Assembly: GCA_964467735.1 (NCBI GenBank)
Contig: CAYXSR010000001.1
Span: forward strand, 108,839-172,838
Reading direction: 5' to 3'
Origin: an uncultured Pseudomonadales bacterium
GTDB lineage: Bacteria; Patescibacteriota; Microgenomatia; UBA1400; CAYXSR01
DNA length: 64,000 bases
The stretch's first letter is position 1, and every line of letters starts with the position of its first letter. Positions 1-9,020 of this stretch are shown here, in pieces. A program made the translations under genes and the position numbers. Under the pieces are notes generated by a model, which saw only the letters and a program-made list of their open reading frames with translations, did no database searches and was not told the origin of the DNA.

Positions 1-272
1 ATTAATGTTGGAATCTGAATATTTAAATTAACCAAAAATTCTCTAATTTTCCCTAATCCCCAAAGAACATAAAGATAGCTAGGTAAATAATCACACCATG
101 ATTCATAAAATTTCTTAAATCCTACTGTTATTAAGCGACTGCTCCAACCCAACCACGAATTCATGTCCAACCAGAGTGTCCCAAAGTTCGCCAGTATTAA
201 TCTAAAAATAAATGCTGAAGAAATGATTATTAAGAGTTTAATATTTATATTGGCAACAAATTTTCTCTTCAT
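1..272 (-). CDS. GT-C (PIG-M/Gpi18-like) membrane glycosyltransferase, partial (runs off the window start)
   Basis: Not in the ORF track. Hand translation from ATG 272 (ATGA overlap with the stop at 269): MKRKFVANINIKLLIIISSAFIFRLILANFGTLWLDMNSWLGWSSRLITVGFKKFYESWCDYLPSYLYVLW..., same D..W..W / FY...DYLP pattern as the two neighbours. Confidence 0.8.
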   Translation of the reverse strand, partial: MKRKFVANINIKLLIIISSAFIFRLILANFGTLWLDMNSWLGWSSRLITVGFKKFYESWCDYLPSYLYVLWGLGKIREFLVNLNIQIPTL

Positions 273-1474
273 CTTTTGATTTCCTTTTTTTTGAAGAAGT
301 CCAAGTAAAAATATAAGAAAATACTTATTATGATTAGCCCTAAAATTTTACCAAAAAAAATTGTCTTAAACGATGGTTGAGCCAAATATTCTCCCCAAAC
401 CAAAAAAAGATTTAAAAAGTGAACTGAAGAAATTAGGATATAAAGAATCAAAGATAACAAGGAATTAATTTCTGGAATTATAAAAACTAGAGCGCTGTAG
501 AGATGTCTTTCATGCATGCGAGTCAAAAAAATGAAACTTAAGAAGGCTAGTCTCGCGGTTAATTTATAGTAATCAACAATTTTTCTTTTCTTTTTTAAGA
601 AAACATATAAAAGCGGTAGAGTTAAAATGCTTACCATAAAAAATCCCAAAAATCTCAAAGAAAATCCAAAAATAATAGTCTTATCTGTCAATTTATTTAA
701 ACCTAGAAGAAACCAGAAATTAAATGCATTTGCTGACGCCCAATATTGATGTTTTTGACCTCCACTAGTGTTTAAAAAAAACTTAATCGGATAAAGAAAA
801 TAATCATCATTAATAAAAAAAGAAAAAGAAAAAATAAGAATACAAAACATTAAGCTGAAACCAATTAATTTTTCTTTAAGATTAGTTTTATTTAAGACGA
901 AGACAAAAAAAATAGGAATAAAGAAAAGACATGATTGTTTGGTTAATAAAGCTAAGCTAAAGAAAATAAATGGTAGGATTTTCTTTTCTTGAAAAAAAGA
1001 AATAAGAGAAAATAGGCAAAAAAGAGTTACCAAGCTTTCCAATTGTCCCCAAAATACACTATTGTAAATTAGGCCTATATTTAACAAAAATAACAAGGCA
1101 GCTTTAAAATGGAAATTTTTTATTCTCTTTCCCATGCGTTGTTTAAATAATAAAAGAGCAATGAAAACATCAGCGACTAACACTGGTATTTTGTAAAATG
1201 CTGCTAATAGTTTAGCTTTATTAATATCCAAACCTAAAGAAAGATGTGTTTTGTGAGATAACCAGAAAAAAAAGTTTGCCAATGGCGGATAATTTGCTTT
1301 TGCCCATGGAGAAAAATCTCTTTCATAAAAACCTTTAAAACCAAAGTTAACTAAAGATCTTGCCCAATAATAATGATTAAAAAAATCAGCATTAAAATCT
1401 ATGGTGCTAAGATAAAATCTAATCCCTAATATTGAAAAAATTAATAGAAATTGCCAAGAAATTTTTTTAGTCAT
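269..1474 (-). CDS. GT-C membrane glycosyltransferase (Gpi18/PIG-M-like)
   Basis: Multi-TM protein with NYPP, NS..WGQ.ES, NAFNFW and RMHERH motifs. Confidence 0.75.
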   Translation of the reverse strand: MTKKISWQFLLIFSILGIRFYLSTIDFNADFFNHYYWARSLVNFGFKGFYERDFSPWAKANYPPLANFFFWLSHKTHLSLGLDINKAKLLAAFYKIPVLVADVFIALLLFKQRMGKRIKNFHFKAALLFLLNIGLIYNSVFWGQLESLVTLFCLFSLISFFQEKKILPFIFFSLALLTKQSCLFFIPIFFVFVLNKTNLKEKLIGFSLMFCILIFSFSFFINDDYFLYPIKFFLNTSGGQKHQYWASANAFNFWFLLGLNKLTDKTIIFGFSLRFLGFFMVSILTLPLLYVFLKKKRKIVDYYKLTARLAFLSFIFLTRMHERHLYSALVFIIPEINSLLSLILYILISSVHFLNLFLVWGEYLAQPSFKTIFFGKILGLIIISIFLYFYLDFFKKKEIKR

Positions 1475-2717
1475 TCTTTTTTTTCTGCCAATTTGGCCAA
1501 AATTGAAGAAACATTAATAAAAAAGCAGCCAAATTAATTCCTGATAATAATCTTATTAGCAACCAACTAAAAACATATTTTTGATTTTGATAATAATACT
1601 CAAGAGCAAAATGAAGATTAGTAATATAAATTAGACTTAACAAAAAATAAATAAATAATAGTCTTTTTTTATAAAATGATGCTAATAATAAAAAAGGCAA
1701 ACAATAATACATATGTCTTTCATGCATTCTTGTTAAAAACATAAAGCTTGCTAAAAAAACTAAGGCCAGACTAAGATTAGTTTTATAAAATAGATCTTTT
1801 TTATTCGAGAATAAAAATTTAAAAAAAACAATTGCCGCTATAACACAGAATATTACTGTTCCCAAAAACTGAAGTTTTATTTGATAAAAATATCTTTGGT
1901 CAGAAAGCCAAAATTTTTTATCAACTACTGACCAAAAATTAAAAGCATTAACAGAAGTATACTGATAGCGCTGGGAAGTAATGATATAACGATTTTTTAG
2001 AAGAACAAATGGGTCTGTCAACGTTCTTACTGACAGGTTTTTATTTAAAAATGGCAGAGAAATTAACCAACAAGATACTAAAATAGAAATAATAAAGTAT
2101 AAAAGTGGTTTTATTTTCTTTTTATTTTTTCTTTCCTGCCTAAAAACAAATATCCCCAATATTGGCAGGCTTATAATAAAAAGAGGTTTTGTACAAAAAG
2201 CGATCCCTAAAGCAATTCCTGCTAAAAAAGATCTCTTTTTTAAGAGAAAAAAGTAGGCTAAAATTACGAATAAAGTTCCAACAGAATCTACTTGTCCCCA
2301 AAGGGTAGAATTGGCAAAAACTGCTGGATTAAAGATAAAAAAACTGGCAAAAATAATTTTGACAATCTTCTTCTTAGTTTTAAGGATTTTTAAAATAAAA
2401 ATTCCTATTAATATGTCAGTAATGCTTGCCGGAAGTTTGTAAAAATAATGAATAGGAAAATTATGAAAGTTTTTAGTTAACTCATAAAGTTTTCTAGTTA
2501 ATCCTAAAATTAACGGATAAAAAGGCAAATAATCAGAGTTAAAATGTTCATAAAACCCTTTCGTTCCTTTCTCATAAATATACTCTCCCCATTCCTGCCA
2601 AAAATACATATCTGACCAATGTGTTTTATAGGGTAAAAGTATAACTCTTAAAAATAATCCGCCGCCTATCAAAAAAAAGATTAACAAATTAAAAGAAGAT
2701 GTTTTTTTGAAAGGCAT
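1467..2717 (-). CDS. GT-C membrane glycosyltransferase (paralog of 269..1474)
   Basis: DYLP, NS.LWGQVDS, NAFNFW and RMHERH motifs; multi-TM. Confidence 0.75.
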   Translation of the reverse strand: MPFKKTSSFNLLIFFLIGGGLFLRVILLPYKTHWSDMYFWQEWGEYIYEKGTKGFYEHFNSDYLPFYPLILGLTRKLYELTKNFHNFPIHYFYKLPASITDILIGIFILKILKTKKKIVKIIFASFFIFNPAVFANSTLWGQVDSVGTLFVILAYFFLLKKRSFLAGIALGIAFCTKPLFIISLPILGIFVFRQERKNKKKIKPLLYFIISILVSCWLISLPFLNKNLSVRTLTDPFVLLKNRYIITSQRYQYTSVNAFNFWSVVDKKFWLSDQRYFYQIKLQFLGTVIFCVIAAIVFFKFLFSNKKDLFYKTNLSLALVFLASFMFLTRMHERHMYYCLPFLLLASFYKKRLLFIYFLLSLIYITNLHFALEYYYQNQKYVFSWLLIRLLSGINLAAFLLMFLQFWPNWQKKKND

Positions 2718-2832
2718 ATTTCCATTGTATTAAATTAAAGAACCTAAGTATATCTGTAAAAAATCGGTAAAGAGTATTTCTGAAGAAAAAAATCACAAAC
2801 CTAAAAATTCATCTTCACTTTTGCTTTCAAAA

Positions 2833-3933
2833 TTAATAACCTTTGTAGATTTTTTCCTCTAAATATTTTTCAATTTCTTCCCAACTTTTAGTTGGAATCA
2901 AAACCCACTGTCCGTATTGTGAGATAGGTGGATTATATAAAAATCCTGGGCTTTCTTCTGTCCCTGTATCCAAGCTTAAAGTTCGAAGCTCATTCTCACT
3001 TCTAACAAATTTTACAAAAAGGCTCAATAAGGCTCCAATTTGTTTATCACTGAATTCTTTATCAAAAGCAACATGAGACTCAAAAGTCTTTTTTATATCA
3101 AGAATTTTTTGAGAATTTAAAAATGTTTTTAAAGAAAATAGTTTATCTTTAATTGCTAGAATTATTTTCTGTTGACGTTGGCTACGAGCAAAATCAGTTC
3201 CTTCTTCACCTTCGGCATTACGAGAACGGATAAATTTTAAAGCTACCTTACCATCCATTTCCTGCCAACCAGCATCAAAATGAATATGCTCGTAACGACA
3301 TTTATATTCTGTGTCCCCATCACACTCATCATTTTCCTTACCAGGGATAGGATATTTATAATCATCAAAACTTCTGTCTACTTTCACATTCACTCCTCCC
3401 AATAAATCTACAATTTTGACAAATCCTTCAAAATCAAGAAATATACTATAATGGATCGGTTGTCCCACAATTTCCTCAACCGAATCTCTAGCTAATTTAA
3501 ATCCTTGGCCATTACCTCTTTCCTCTCCATAGTGATAGGCGCTGTTCACCTTTGCCTGAAGAGAGTCTAACCAAATGTCTCTAGGAATAGAAAGAAGAAC
3601 AACATCAGATGTTTTTAAATCTAACGAAACAAACATCATCGTATCAGTTAAATCACCAGCTTCATGACCTTCGCCGCCGCCGCCCAAAACCAAAAAATTT
3701 GTTCTTCCTTGATAAGAATCTAATGATGAAATATCAGCATTAATTAAAGAAGTTATTAAAGTTGTTGGATTAACCTCAGTTTTAATAAAAATAATTGCTA
3801 CTTTCAAAAAAACAAACAAAAAAATAATCAGCAAACAAATGAAAACTATCTTTAATATTTTCTTTATAGCTGGAAGAAAACTAACAAATTTAATTTTAAT
3901 ATTTTCGAACAAAATACCCAATTTGTCTTTCAT
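2833..3933 (-). CDS. LCP (LytR-CpsA-Psr) family glycopolymer-peptidoglycan ligase
   Basis: N-terminal TM; TDTMM, SIPRD, KVNSAY, F.RSR...TDFARSQRQQ motifs. Confidence 0.9.
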   Translation of the reverse strand: MKDKLGILFENIKIKFVSFLPAIKKILKIVFICLLIIFLFVFLKVAIIFIKTEVNPTTLITSLINADISSLDSYQGRTNFLVLGGGGEGHEAGDLTDTMMFVSLDLKTSDVVLLSIPRDIWLDSLQAKVNSAYHYGEERGNGQGFKLARDSVEEIVGQPIHYSIFLDFEGFVKIVDLLGGVNVKVDRSFDDYKYPIPGKENDECDGDTEYKCRYEHIHFDAGWQEMDGKVALKFIRSRNAEGEEGTDFARSQRQQKIILAIKDKLFSLKTFLNSQKILDIKKTFESHVAFDKEFSDKQIGALLSLFVKFVRSENELRTLSLDTGTEESPGFLYNPPISQYGQWVLIPTKSWEEIEKYLEEKIYKGY

Positions 3934-3978
3934 TATTCTTTCCTTGTCCCATTCTCTTTTTTACGTTATGATTTTAGC

Positions 3979-5790
3979 ATGCCATTTTCCCTTTTAAAAG
4001 ATTTAAATAGTCAACAAAGAAAAGCTATTACCTTTAGTAAGGGACCCTTGTCTGTTTTAGCTGGAGCAGGAAGTGGAAAAACAAGAGTTTTAACTTATCG
4101 AGCCGCTTGGTTAATTTTAGAAAAAGGAGTTAATCCAGAAAATTTACTTTTGGTAACATTTACTAATAAAGCAGCTGAAGAAATGAAAAAAAGAATTAAA
4201 AATTTACTTGGTGCTAAATCTTTTCCTCTAACCGCTACTTTTCATTCATTCTGTGCTAAGCTTTTGAGAAAAGAAGGAAAATATATAAATATTCCTCCTT
4301 CTTTTGTAATTTATGATAACCAAGATCAAAAAGACTTAATTAAGCAAATATTAAAGGATCTTGATCTTTCTTCGACTAAATTTAATCCAGGTTTAATCCT
4401 TTATACAATTAGCTCTGCTAAAAATGAATTAATTTCGGCCATTGAATATCCCCAATATGTCCGTGGTTATTTTCAGGAAACTGTTGCTCAAATTTATCTT
4501 CGTTACCAAAGGTTACTAAAAGAGTTCCAAGCTTTAGATTTTGATGATCTTTTGTTTGAATCAGTCAATCTTTTTAAAAAAAATCTAGAAATAGCAAAAA
4601 AATACCAAAATCTTTTCTCTTATATTTTGGTTGATGAATACCAGGATACTAATCATGCCCAATATGAACTAACTAAAATTTTGGCTAAAAAATGGCGTAA
4701 TCTAACTGTAGTAGGTGATGCTAGCCAGTCGATTTATCGTTGGCGTGGTGCTGACTTTCGTAATCTCTCTAAACTTAAAGAAGATTTTCCTGATTTAACT
4801 ATCATTAACTTAGAAAGAAACTACCGCTCTCCTCAAATAATCCTTGATGCTGCTTTTGCCGTGATCAACAAAAATACCGGTCATCCAATTTTAAAACTTT
4901 GGACCGATAAGGAAAGCATAGGTAAAATCAAAGTTTATCAAGCTAAAAACGAGAGAGATGAATCTCTTTTCATTGCAAATAATATTTATCAGATGAAAGA
5001 TAAAAAATTAAGTTTTGCTATTTTATATCGAACTAATGCTCAATCACGACCTATTGAGGAATTACTCTTAAAGCTTGGTATTCCTTATCAATTAATTGGT
5101 GGGGTGCGCTTTTACGAAAGAAAAGAAATTAAAGATTGCCTTGCCTATCTACGCTTATTGGCTAATCCTAAAGATATGAATTCTTATAAAAGACTTGAAA
5201 AGCTTGGTAAACGTCGATTAAAAAAATTCATTGAGTATCAAGAAAAAATTAAAAAGAAGTTAAAAAAAATGACAACCTTAGATATTCTTAATAGTGTTTT
5301 AAAAAAAACAGGCTATCTGGAATTATTTAATGAGAAAAATGAGGAAGATTTAGCTCGTTTGGAAAATATCAAGGAATTAACTTCTGTTGCTTCCGAATTT
5401 CCTAATCTAGATCAGTTTCTGGAAAATGTTGCCCTTGTTCAACAAGAATTCTTGCCAGATAAACAACCAAAAAATAGTCCTGAGAATCAACCAGTGGTTT
5501 TAATGACTCTTCATGCAGCTAAAGGTTTAGAGTTTGATGTTGTTTTTATGATTGGCATGGAAGAAGGGCTTTTTCCCCATTCTCGATCAATGCTGGAAAA
5601 AGAAGAATTAGAAGAAGAACGTCGACTTTGTTATGTGGGTATTACTAGGGCTAAAAAACAACTCTTCTTTACTTATGCCAAAAATCGTCTCTATTTTGGC
5701 TCTCGTAACTACAATCAAATTTCTCGTTTTATTTCTGACTTACCAGAATCTTTACTCGAACTTGAAACCCCTAGCCTTCTTTTTGATTAA
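3979..5790 (+). CDS. pcrA: ATP-dependent DNA helicase PcrA/UvrD (short form)
   Basis: AGAGSGKT, VDEYQD, GDASQSIYRWRGA, TLHAAKGLEF, EERRLCYVGITRA. Confidence 0.93.
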   Translation: MPFSLLKDLNSQQRKAITFSKGPLSVLAGAGSGKTRVLTYRAAWLILEKGVNPENLLLVTFTNKAAEEMKKRIKNLLGAKSFPLTATFHSFCAKLLRKEGKYINIPPSFVIYDNQDQKDLIKQILKDLDLSSTKFNPGLILYTISSAKNELISAIEYPQYVRGYFQETVAQIYLRYQRLLKEFQALDFDDLLFESVNLFKKNLEIAKKYQNLFSYILVDEYQDTNHAQYELTKILAKKWRNLTVVGDASQSIYRWRGADFRNLSKLKEDFPDLTIINLERNYRSPQIILDAAFAVINKNTGHPILKLWTDKESIGKIKVYQAKNERDESLFIANNIYQMKDKKLSFAILYRTNAQSRPIEELLLKLGIPYQLIGGVRFYERKEIKDCLAYLRLLANPKDMNSYKRLEKLGKRRLKKFIEYQEKIKKKLKKMTTLDILNSVLKKTGYLELFNEKNEEDLARLENIKELTSVASEFPNLDQFLENVALVQQEFLPDKQPKNSPENQPVVLMTLHAAKGLEFDVVFMIGMEEGLFPHSRSMLEKEELEEERRLCYVGITRAKKQLFFTYAKNRLYFGSRNYNQISRFISDLPESLLELETPSLLFD

Positions 5791-5806
5791 CTGTTAGAAT
5801 TTTATT

Positions 5807-6847
5807 GTGATCATTCGCGAAGTTTATCCAGAGGAAAAAAATCAATTTAATAAAGTCGCCCCACATCCTTTACAATCTTGGGAATGGGGTGATTTTAGAA
5901 AAAAAACCGGTGTTGATGTTGTCCGATTAGCTGTTTTTAAAAATAAAAAAATAAAAAAAATTATTCAATTTACCGTTCATCCCCTTCCTAAAATCAATAC
6001 TAATATTGGCTATGTCCCTAAATGTATTCTCCCTGATAAACAAATTATCGAAGCTTTAAAAGAAGCAGGAAAAAAATATAATTGTATCTTTTTAAAATTA
6101 GAACCCAATATTAAACAATCTATTAATCTTCCTAACGAAAAATATCAAAAAATAGAAAAATTTCTTTTAGAAAACAATGCTGTTCCTGGCCGCCCATTAT
6201 TTACCCAATATACTTTTCAAATTGATCTTACGAAGTCAGAAGATGAACTCATTAAAAAAATGAGACCTAAAACAAGGTATAACATCCGTTTAGCAATTAA
6301 AAAAGGTGTCACCGTCCAAGAAGATAACTCTGGTGAAAGTTTTGAAGAATATATAAAACTTATGAAAGAAACAACTAAACGGCAAAAATTTTATGCTCAT
6401 AATGAGCGTTATCATCGCCTTATGTGGGAAACTTTAAAACCCGCCGGAATCGCTCACCTTTTGCGAGCTGTTTGGGAGGGAAAAACTCTAACTACTTGGA
6501 TTGTCTTTGTTTTTAATGACGTCTTATATTATCCTTATGGTGCTTCCAGTAGAGATCATAAAGACCTTATGGCATCTAACTTAATAATGTGGGAAGCAAT
6601 TCGTTTTGGTAAGAAAAAAAATTGTAAGATATTTGACTTATGGGGATGTCTTGGGCCAAATCCAAATAAAAAAGATCCTTGGTATGGTTTCCATCATTTC
6701 AAGGAAGGTTATGGTCCAAAGATGATCAAATTTATTGGTACTTTTGATTTAGTTTTAGATATTTCAAAATATAAACTTTATACTGTTGCTAATAAACTAC
6801 GCTGGAAATGGCTTAAATTTAAAGCTAGTCTGCCTTTCTTATCATAA
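5807..6847 (+). CDS. FemABX family peptidoglycan bridge aminoacyltransferase
   Basis: HPLQSWEWG, KTRYNIRLA.KKGV, FDLWG, FKEGYG; GTG start. Confidence 0.88.
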   Translation: MIIREVYPEEKNQFNKVAPHPLQSWEWGDFRKKTGVDVVRLAVFKNKKIKKIIQFTVHPLPKINTNIGYVPKCILPDKQIIEALKEAGKKYNCIFLKLEPNIKQSINLPNEKYQKIEKFLLENNAVPGRPLFTQYTFQIDLTKSEDELIKKMRPKTRYNIRLAIKKGVTVQEDNSGESFEEYIKLMKETTKRQKFYAHNERYHRLMWETLKPAGIAHLLRAVWEGKTLTTWIVFVFNDVLYYPYGASSRDHKDLMASNLIMWEAIRFGKKKNCKIFDLWGCLGPNPNKKDPWYGFHHFKEGYGPKMIKFIGTFDLVLDISKYKLYTVANKLRWKWLKFKASLPFLS

Positions 6848-6855
6848 TCCTACAA

Positions 6856-7731
6856 ATGCTTTCTAATTATCGCCAATTAATTGATGTTCGACAAACAACT
6901 GAATATGCAAAGTTTATGAAAAAAATTGGTTGGAAAATAAAAAAAACAGGTAAAATAAACATTTTTATTAAAAAACTTCCATTTTTACCTTTTTCAGTTA
7001 TAAAAATACTTCGATTTTCTACCCCTAATAAAGAAAAATTTATGACTGATGCTAAAAAAATTAAAAAAGAAAACAGAGCCTTAATATTTAAACTCCATCC
7101 TTTTATAGTCTCAAAATCAGATCAAATAGTTTTTAAAAATTTTAAATCTCAACAAGACAAGAATCCTTTAGTCCCGACCAAAACTATTTGGCTTGATCTT
7201 AATAAAAAAAATAATCAACTTTTGAAACAAATGAAGCAAAAGACCCGTTATAATATTCATTTATCCAAAAGTAAAAAAATTACAATAGAAATTGTTTCTG
7301 GTAATAAAATAAAATCACAATTATTAAATGATTTTTATCAATTATGGAAAAAAAATAAACCATTTAATTGGCTTTTTAAACCTTCCTTTCGGAATCTTCA
7401 AGCGCTAGTTTCTAGCTTTGAAAAAAAGTGTTTTTTAGTTTTAGCATCAAAAAATTCATTAATTGCTGGAGCTCTAATCTTAACATCTAAAAATATGGCC
7501 TTTTATTGGCATAATTGTTCAAACAAAGAAGGAAAAAAGTTGTTTGCTCCTACTTTAGTTATTTGGCAAGCAATTAAAGAGGCTAAACGAAGAAATCTTA
7601 AAATTTTTGATTTTGAAGGAATTTACGATTCTCGATTTCATAAGTTAATGAAAAACTGGCAGGGTTTCAGTAAATTTAAGAAAGGTTTTGGTGGCCAAAA
7701 AATACTTTTCTCCAAACCACTAAAAGTCTAG
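6856..7731 (+). CDS. second FemABX family protein
   Basis: KQKTRYNI, FDFEG, GF.KFKKGFGG. Confidence 0.8.
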   Translation: MLSNYRQLIDVRQTTEYAKFMKKIGWKIKKTGKINIFIKKLPFLPFSVIKILRFSTPNKEKFMTDAKKIKKENRALIFKLHPFIVSKSDQIVFKNFKSQQDKNPLVPTKTIWLDLNKKNNQLLKQMKQKTRYNIHLSKSKKITIEIVSGNKIKSQLLNDFYQLWKKNKPFNWLFKPSFRNLQALVSSFEKKCFLVLASKNSLIAGALILTSKNMAFYWHNCSNKEGKKLFAPTLVIWQAIKEAKRRNLKIFDFEGIYDSRFHKLMKNWQGFSKFKKGFGGQKILFSKPLKV

Positions 7732-9020
7732 TTTATCAATCTTTTTTTTCTTAAAAGAAGATGATATTTTTTGGCAAACCGATGAGACTCATCACGTAGT
7801 TGTTGGATTAGTCTTAGAAAAACAGAATTCTTCTTTAGTTTTATTTCCTGCCAACCAATAATATTTTCATCTCTAACTTTTGGTTTGATAATGATCTCTT
7901 CTTTTTTAGCTAAACCTAAAATAAGAATTTTCTTAAGCAAATGCCAACTTCTTAAAACATCAAATACTGCACTTACTTGACCTTTCCCGCCATCAACAAT
8001 TATTAATTCTGGGTAAGGCCATTCTTTATGTTTTAGTCTTCTTTGAACTACTTCTCTCATCATTTCTAAATCATCAGGTGTTGTAGAAAAAAGGATTTTA
8101 AATCGGCGATATTGATTCTTATTTGCTGAAAAGTTTTCAAAAACCACCATCGAACCAGTTGCTTCTCGACCATAAAGATTAGAAATGTCATAACATTCTA
8201 TTCTCTTTAAACTTTTTATTCCTGTCAAGAGTTTTTTTGCTTGTTTTAGAATATCTTTATCTCTATCTTTGGGAAGAAGCAAAGATAAACTTTCCTCATC
8301 CAAGGACTGCCAATTCAAAACTACATAATTTATTGCTTCTATCTGTTTTTTAATTTTGTTTGCTTTTTCAAAATCTAATTTATTGCTTGCTTTATCCATT
8401 TCCATTGTTAATTGTCGTATTACTTCACCTATGTCTCCATTTAGAAACTTAATTATCTTTCTAATTGTCTTTCGATATTCACTTTTTGGATAACCAATAC
8501 AGCATCCTGGACAAAGATTAATGTGATAATATAAGCAAGCTCTTTTTTTATTCCAGGTTTTAGAATTACAACTACAATATGGAAAAATTTGGCGGATAAT
8601 TCTTAAAACCCTCCTTACTTCTCCTGCTGAAGGAAAAGGACCAAAATACTTAGCTTTTTTTAACTCTTTTTTACGAGCGGTAAAAATCCGAGGATATTCT
8701 TCATCAGAAATACCAATCATCAAAAAACGCTTATCATCTTTTAATCGAACATTATAAAAAGGTTGATGTTTATTCACTAAAGCTGCCTCTATCAATAATG
8801 CCTCAAATTCAGATCGACAAATCCTAAAATCAATATCTTTAATTTGATCAACCATTTTTTTAGTAAGATATCCCTTGTTATTCTGAAAGTAACTTTTAAC
8901 TCTATTTTTTAGATTAACTGACTTACCAATATAAATAATTTTTCCATCGCTATTTTTAAAAAAATAGATTCCTGGTTTTTGGGGAAACTTATTAATTTTT
9001 TCTTTTAAATTTTTATCCAT
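7728..9020 (-). CDS. uvrC: excinuclease ABC subunit C (lacks the C-terminal HhH2 domain)
   Basis: GIY-YIG N-terminus (PGIY..IIYIGKS), Cys-rich region, UVR domain, RIECYDIS, VDGGKGQ, RDESHRFA. Confidence 0.9.
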   Translation of the reverse strand: MDKNLKEKINKFPQKPGIYFFKNSDGKIIYIGKSVNLKNRVKSYFQNNKGYLTKKMVDQIKDIDFRICRSEFEALLIEAALVNKHQPFYNVRLKDDKRFLMIGISDEEYPRIFTARKKELKKAKYFGPFPSAGEVRRVLRIIRQIFPYCSCNSKTWNKKRACLYYHINLCPGCCIGYPKSEYRKTIRKIIKFLNGDIGEVIRQLTMEMDKASNKLDFEKANKIKKQIEAINYVVLNWQSLDEESLSLLLPKDRDKDILKQAKKLLTGIKSLKRIECYDISNLYGREATGSMVVFENFSANKNQYRRFKILFSTTPDDLEMMREVVQRRLKHKEWPYPELIIVDGGKGQVSAVFDVLRSWHLLKKILILGLAKKEEIIIKPKVRDENIIGWQEIKLKKNSVFLRLIQQLRDESHRFAKKYHLLLRKKRLIN

